Of a stretch of 64,000 bases of DNA, positions 44,186 through 64,000 are shown in pieces. The first letter of the stretch is position 1; every line of letters begins with the position of its first letter. Made by a program: the position numbers and the translations under genes. The stretch is from the NCBI GenBank assembly GCA_040954595.2, contig CM082579.2, positions 9,909,625 through 9,973,624 of the forward strand, in the 5' to 3' direction. The notes beneath the pieces are model-generated. The model did not search any database. It saw only the letters and a program-made list of their open reading frames with translations, and was not told the DNA's origin. The stretch is from Balanoglossus misakiensis. Lineage: Eukaryota; Animalia; Hemichordata.

Positions 44186-44305
44186 GTATTTAAAGGCAGC
44201 GCGGGAATTCCAATTATACCGGGGGATTCCCCGCCCGACTCGTTTCTTCCCGGAAAACAGGAAGTAATGCCGCAATACTGAGTACATGCTAATTTTGACG
44301 GAAGC
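44186..44305 (-). promoter_or_regulatory. Proximal promoter of SVEP1-like copy 1 with kB, GC-box, GAS and ETS motifs
   Basis: TATA-like TTTAAATA at 44186-44193 (minus strand); GGGAATTCC(A) 44203-44212; GGGGATTCCCC 44222-44232; CCGCCC 44231-44236; TTCCCGGAA 44247-44255; CAGGAAGT 44258-44265; CGGAAG near 44299. Confidence 0.6.
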
Positions 44306-44531
44306 GCGAGAGGGTTGCTCGTTTATGAATGAAATCTATACAAAACAAATGCAAAGTGTCAGATTATGTAAGTGTCTATTTGTTGTAGAGTGAAGTACAC
44401 GTACTTTGTTTACATACACTTTATAAACACACATATACTGCAGGTATGATTCTGCTGAATCATAAGACCCTGCGTCTATACAGTCAATGTTTGCGATAAA
44501 ACCTGAGGCTAAAGGTCGTCTTCGACACTAA

Positions 44532-44569
44532 CTCAGACCATGGAGGTACTAGTACCTCCATGCTCAGAC
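44532..44569. mobile_element. 24-bp perfect palindrome flanked by a 7-bp direct repeat; probable P-superfamily transposon footprint
   Basis: CTCAGAC-[CATGGAGGTACTAGTACCTCCATG]-CTCAGAC. CAT-starting ends with a 7-8 bp TSD are typical of P-superfamily elements. Confidence 0.55.
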
Positions 44570-47500
44570 ATTCCTTCAATGTCGGCTGCAAATTTCAATT
44601 TTTCAAGTATAGTTGGTCCCACACAAGTATCGTTTTACTGCCTGTTGGGTGTGCCTGAAACTGCCAGACTTACCTGATATCCGAGAGCATAACGCCACCC
44701 CCCCGTTGACATATTCAATCTGTATGAATAGCAATGAAATGCAATGACGCATACTGTGCCCCAGTGATAAATTATGTCATGACAGCAAACGTGCTACCAC
44801 ACCACACATATAATAGTTTATTAAAATGGGATTGTACCGGAAATCCCACTTTCTCGTAACGATATAGCACAGCCCCTTCGCAGCTCCCGGTTAGGACGGA
44901 TTAGATTTTATCGTTTTGTTAATAAACAAGACGTATACAAGGTATCTACACCGCCGAAATGTTCCTACAGCTTGTTGACAGACCAGGTGTCACGTGAACA
45001 TGGACAAAGCAGACAATATTACTGTCTACGATCGCGAATACATACACACACTGTGTGGCCGCATCATCACGATAATCTGCCTGCACATGTCACACGTACA
45101 GTTCGTATTTTTTCCGTCGGAGTTGTATCTGCGCCGGTGCTACACCGGTGAAAACGTTACAGTGAGAACGGGGTATTGCTAAAACTAGGCTCTTTTGGGA
45201 ATTTTCGAGTTCTGTATCCGTGGTATCATGAAGAATCACAATAAATAAATTTCACAATATATATAATTCCTTCAAAAGTCAGTGAAAATGTAGCAGCGGG
45301 AATCGTTAATATACCGTAATTTTGAGCATGTTGTTGGTGGTGATTTTCGCATTCTTATGTATATTACTTAGCGACCCCTTCATTTCACGACTGGTTTTCC
45401 GATCAGATTGTAGCCTGGAGATATGAGGTCAAGTGCAAAGGTCCGTGTTGTCTCCACAGTAAATCACTCGAGAAAAATGTTAATAGTATGTCTCGGTTCT
45501 AGAGTTTCTCACAGACCCTTGATGACACGCTCAAGTGACAGACAAAACGGCCTTCAGCGCGGCGAAGTGCAACCTAGTTAGAGAGTATACACAGTCCCAT
45601 TTCATCCTTTTGTTTTATTCTACGCCTCTTCGGTGTATCCTGCATTGCGCTCTGCTCTTTCGTGGTTTACTACCAGGAAGAGGAAATGTCCTTGATATAC
45701 GTATCAGTGTCTTACCACCTGACGTCTGAAATCTAGTACGGTTCTTGTCCGTGGGGGAGGGGGGGGTGGCGCATGCGAATATGCACGGATCGAGGTTTGA
45801 CCCGCCATTCTGATTTGTCATGTGTGTGATGAATGGAATCATATACCTCTAAACTCCCGAACAGCCCACCTCTCGCCAGGTTTCCCCAACTCAGTGAGAC
45901 TCCAACTGAATGTGAGCCATCAACGGTTCGACACAGCGTTATGTACTGCTGAGTCGACGATGCGAAGTCGGTCGTTTGCTTTAGTTATTAGAAAGTTGCA
46001 TCCCTGTACAAAGGCAATGAACCACGGCAGTGGCACTACGATAGAGGGTGACGGTGTATGTATGCATGTTGTCAGTCATTTACTAGTAAATCACCCATGC
46101 ATGTGAATGAGAATATGAAGTGTCTGTGTCTGTATGTGTCTGTTTGAGTTTTATTTTAATATTCACGTAGACGGAAACCTGCTCAGAATGGCCTGATTGA
46201 TAGCCGCCCACCCTTAACACAGAGGTCAAACTGGGGTCACAATAGTGGCGTAAACACATTAGTCATCCTCAGCAGACTTTCCCCTTGTCCATTTCTGTGC
46301 CTTCCGGGTCAACTTGAGTGCCACCGTGGATAAACATTTCCGCGTTTGTTCTTCCTTGTATCATATATCTTTTTTTCCTAGTCGAGTCAACACTTACAAA
46401 GTCCGTCGTCATTATATATCGAAGCAATGACATTGTTCGGTGACCGAAACCTGAAGGAGTCATGCCAACACATGATTTGACACCATATTTTGGAATTGCC
46501 TAAGAATTTAATACCCGATGATGGTATCTGAATGCACACACACCACGAGGGTAGAATTGCAGAAAAATGATAGTCCTGCAAAACCGTTCAACTTCTAGTA
46601 TTTGCTACACCCAAGTGTGGGAGGAGTCTTTGTGAAAACAGACAAAGACACAGGGATTCTAGCTCCATGCACGGAAAGTACCGCACGCCTAAAACTGTGT
46701 GATTCCTTATCGCCCGATTACACGAAATGTCACTGCTTCTTGTTAATATATCTCTGGAGCATCAAACCTGAATACTTTTGATTGACATAAAAGACAAATG
46801 TTTGTCTTATCTGTCGACTGCAGCCTGGCATGGGTCTATATGAATCTATCATAACAGGAAGGGCTACGATTGACAGGGGTCGAAATATTGACATTTCAAT
46901 CCCTGGTACACGTATACAGACATCTGACATGCGCAAGTCTATCCAGACATGGCTTACATACAAAGTCGGGGCACGGAATGAATTTTCTTATATTTATGTT
47001 GACTTAAAATGAACAAACTTTCGAGTAAAATACTAGTAATACAAGTCTAGTGTCAGCATACTAGTATATCATGGTGCGAATGTGGACTACCAGAATACAA
47101 TAGTCGGGAGTAAAGTGTGAGGGCGCTCACCAGAGATGTAACCCGGATAAACTTTAGAGCGCCGTGGTGAAATATTTCAAAACCCCACTTCGATATTTGA
47201 TCATCCATTACCAAAGAACATTACATAGCATAGCTTTAATATTCATCCAGTGGATGGCCGAGTATATCGTTGTACAAAGGTAAAGATTAAAATAGTCCAG
47301 AATATCACTTTCAACCGTGGAAGTAACACATAGGATAATACAGTGAATCACTCAAAAGATCTGCATTGGTTGTTTTCGTGGCTAATTTCTGGGTGAGTCT
47401 CGTATATAGAAGGTTATGCTATTCAAGACTTTTGTAATACTTAATTGGTTTGATTTTGTGGCAAGTTTTTATTATAGAATTTATATTTAATCCTAAGTAT

Positions 47501-47692
47501 GATTTATTTGTTGATGAAACTGGGATATAGGTCGCTCATATGTGACGGTGGATATACATGTACATGTACAACCATATGGGAATATGACACTCGCGGTATC
47601 GTGTAAATTACACGAAGTCCGTGAAAACTTAGACTGATGCAAGGAAATGTTCTGGCTATACCGATAGTTTTACGGAACCACATGGCAGGGGT

Positions 47693-64000
<16,308 letters not shown>

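Overview
This is eukaryotic (animal) genomic DNA with GT-AG introns. Gene content suggests a marine invertebrate such as a hemichordate, amphioxus or echinoderm, but that is an inference. Contents in order: (1) a head-to-head pair of secreted proteinase-K/aqualysin-like S8A subtilases. Their promoters and first two coding exons form a near-identical ~1.25 kb inverted repeat, and the complete copy ends in two tandem hevein-like (chitin-binding type 1) exons. (2) An intronless 575-aa four-Ig transmembrane gene. (3) A CUB-LDLa-TM gene with a Harbinger-type MITE in an intron. (4) Two tandem minus-strand SVEP1/polydom-like genes (one complete, 29 exons, ~2108 aa; one 5'-truncated). In both, the usual Sushi-array tail is replaced by a BMPER/mucin-like EGF-VWC-VWD-C8-TIL tail. 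The complete gene has a promoter dense in kB, GAS and ETS motifs. (5) A young, non-autonomous BEL/Pao-type LTR element in an intron of the second SVEP1-like gene. It has a TCATG TSD, PBS and PPT, and its single ORF fuses a Gag N-terminus to a Hox-type homeodomain helix-3 (penetratin-like) segment. Smaller items are a P-element-like footprint, hairpin elements and microsatellites. All exon boundaries were read by eye and no database search was run.
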